From the NCBI GenBank assembly GCA_043228905.1, contig JBHGNT010000008.1, positions 13,330,001 to 13,394,000 of the forward strand: 64,000 nucleotides of DNA, read 5' to 3'. The position numbers and the translations under genes are program-made. This document shows, piece after piece, positions 62,046-64,000 of the stretch (its first letter is position 1; the number at the start of each line of letters is the position of its first letter). The DNA is from Azolla caroliniana. Taxonomy: Eukaryota > Plantae > Polypodiophyta. Under the pieces are notes generated by a model, which was not told the DNA's origin, did not search any database, and saw only the letters and a program-made list of their open reading frames with translations.

Positions 62046-63452
62046 TTCTTCGCAAGGTGGATGGCACTTTGATTGTCGCAGTAGAGTCAAAATTCCTCTT
62101 GCTGAATTCCCAACTCTCCAATGAACTCCTTCATCCATATAACTTCCTTACCGACTTCTGCTGCAACCGTATACTCGGTTTCTGTGGTCGACAACGCCAC
62201 GGGCTTTTGCAACCTCGACTGCCACGAGACAACTCCCCTTGCATAAGTCATTACATATCCGGATGTGGATTAGCTGGTATCTACATCAGCCGACATGTCT
62301 GAATTTGTATAACCTTCCAATGTGGGGTTACTTGAGCTGAATCAAAGACACATGCTCGAGATGCCTCTCAGGTACCGAAGTATCCATTTGACTATTGTCC
62401 AATGTTCCTTGCTAGGGTTGCTCATGAATCGGCTGACGACTCCAACTGCGTATCCAATGTCCGGCCTAGTACATACCATTGCATACATTAGGCTTTCGAC
62501 TACTGAGGCATAGGGAACCTTCATCATCTTAGCTTTCTCCGCTTTCATCTTCAGACATTGGTTTTTGCTCAACATGCAGTTTGTCGGCAATGTCGAACCA
62601 ACTGGTTTCGGGTCTTGCATGTTGAATCTATGGAGCACCTTTGTCACATATTTCTCCTGTGACAACCATAATAGCTTCTTGTCCGACAATTAGCATGTCG
62701 TCAACATACAACAGGAGGATAAGAAAGTCTCCTCCATCATACTTCTTAACAAAGACACAATGGTCAACTTGTGTCTTGTTGAAACCATGATCCATCATGA
62801 AGGATTCGAATTGTTGATACCATTGCCAAGGTGTCTACTTCAGCCCATACAAGCTCGTCCTCAATCGGCATACCAGGTTCTCTTTACCTTTCTCCACGAA
62901 TCCTTCCGACTGCCACATGTAGATCTCCTCTTCAAGATCACCATGTAAAAACGTAGTCTTGACATCCAATTATCTGATTTCAAGATCCATGTTGGCCACT
63001 ATGCTCAACACCATTCGGATGGATGCCATCTTTACAACTGGGCAAAACTTTTGTCGAAATCTACACCCTTTTTCTGCTGAAAGCCTTTCATGATGATTTG
63101 CGCTTTGTATCTAGGTGTATTCCCGCCATCTCCCAGTTTCAATTCGGAGTGCCCGCTTTCCTTTCGGCAACTTGGTCAATTCGTATGTGTGGTTCTCATG
63201 CAAGGAATCCATCTCCTCTTGCATGACACTTAACCAGCTTTAGTTGTGGGTATTGCACTTAGCTTACTTGAAGCTTTTCGATTCCCCCTCATTGGTTAGC
63301 AATACACGTTCTTCAAATTCTAGAAATCTACGGGGGGCCCTCAGGGGCCCCTCCTATCTCTTTGGGGATATCTTCGGCCTCCATTCGTCATAGTGGGTTC
63401 TTCTTCGTCTTCTTCGGCCGAGTCAGATTTGGCTCTTTGTTTAGCCGGTTCC
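62046..63452 (-). pseudogene. Tnt1-like Ty1/copia RT-RNase H fragment
   Basis: LSQEKYVTKVLHRFNM; VPYASVVESLMYAMVCTRPDI; VKWILRYLRG. Confidence 0.92.
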
Positions 63453-63457
63453 TCTTG

Positions 63458-63714
63458 TGTTCAATGCGGGTCTCTAATGAACGTATTCACATTGTCTCCT
63501 TTTGTACCCACTAGGTTTAGGGTATTTATGTAAATAGTGAGAGTGGTAGTTGCCCTAAGTAAGTCAGTATATAAACTGACTTTGTAACCTAGTTTGGTGG
63601 TTGATTGATTCTGTCTCTAATTGCCATCAATCTACATTGCTTGCATCCACATATGATCCTCACATGAGGAGAGTGTTGAGATTGTTCCGTACCTAGACGG
63701 TTGCGTTCCCAACA
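63458..63714 (+). mobile_element. Probable solo LTR of the family at 46844-47164
   Basis: Homologous to the reverse complement of 46844-47164; TG...CA; flanked by TCTTG at 63453-63457 and 63715-63719. Confidence 0.85.
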
Positions 63715-63717
63715 TCT

Positions 63718-64000
63718 TGATAGGAATTGACCAGCCACAACCAGTTGCACATTCGTATTAGGGTGTAGAAACCAAATACTAGTACACAGATAGAAAAACG
63801 CGAAGACACAGAGACACCAATATTTCACGTGGAAAACCCGAAATGGGAAAAACCACAAGGGTTTACAAACCCTGAGAAAACAGATCACTATGGTAGAGAG
63901 GAAGTACAGTACGGAACTCAGAGGGAACGACCTCAAGTTCTCGTTGTGACAAACGGCTATAGAGTTACACTCTCACTCTCTCACTCACGGTTACAGAGGC
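63718..64000 (-). repeat. Partial LTR related to 61253-62045, runs off the window end
   Basis: TGATAGGAATTGACCAGCCACAACC resembles TGATGAGAATCGATTGGCCACAACC; shared GAAAAC.CGAA.TGGG.AAAAACCACA. Confidence 0.7.

Overview
Land-plant nuclear DNA. A seed-free plant such as a fern is plausible from the retroelement lineages and gene style, but that is inference. Over half the window is nested, mostly decayed LTR retrotransposons. These comprise one full-length chromodomain Ty3/gypsy element (5263-12274; 455-bp LTRs, TSD CGTAA), tRNA-Trp-primed and related gypsy elements, at least five pieces of one Ty1/copia group, Tnt1-like copia elements, solo or partial LTRs and a LINE remnant. Four apparently intact host genes were spliced by hand: a BAR-SH3 protein (SH3P-like, 10 exons, -), a USP-like-domain receptor-like cytoplasmic kinase (10 exons, -), a PAK1IP1/MAK11-like WD40 protein (3 exons, +) and intronless FAD4 (+). 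Leading candidates for something undescribed: (1) a covarying hairpin that encloses the PPT/LTR junction in five copia copies, together with a duplicated PPT and a Pol C-terminal extension carrying a conserved TWxxVVKG motif; (2) tRNA-like Pol III A/B-box cassettes inside gypsy LTRs; (3) a chromovirus leader with a hairpin array and splice signals that could make separate Gag and Pol mRNAs. All coordinates and comparisons were made by eye and no database searches were run.
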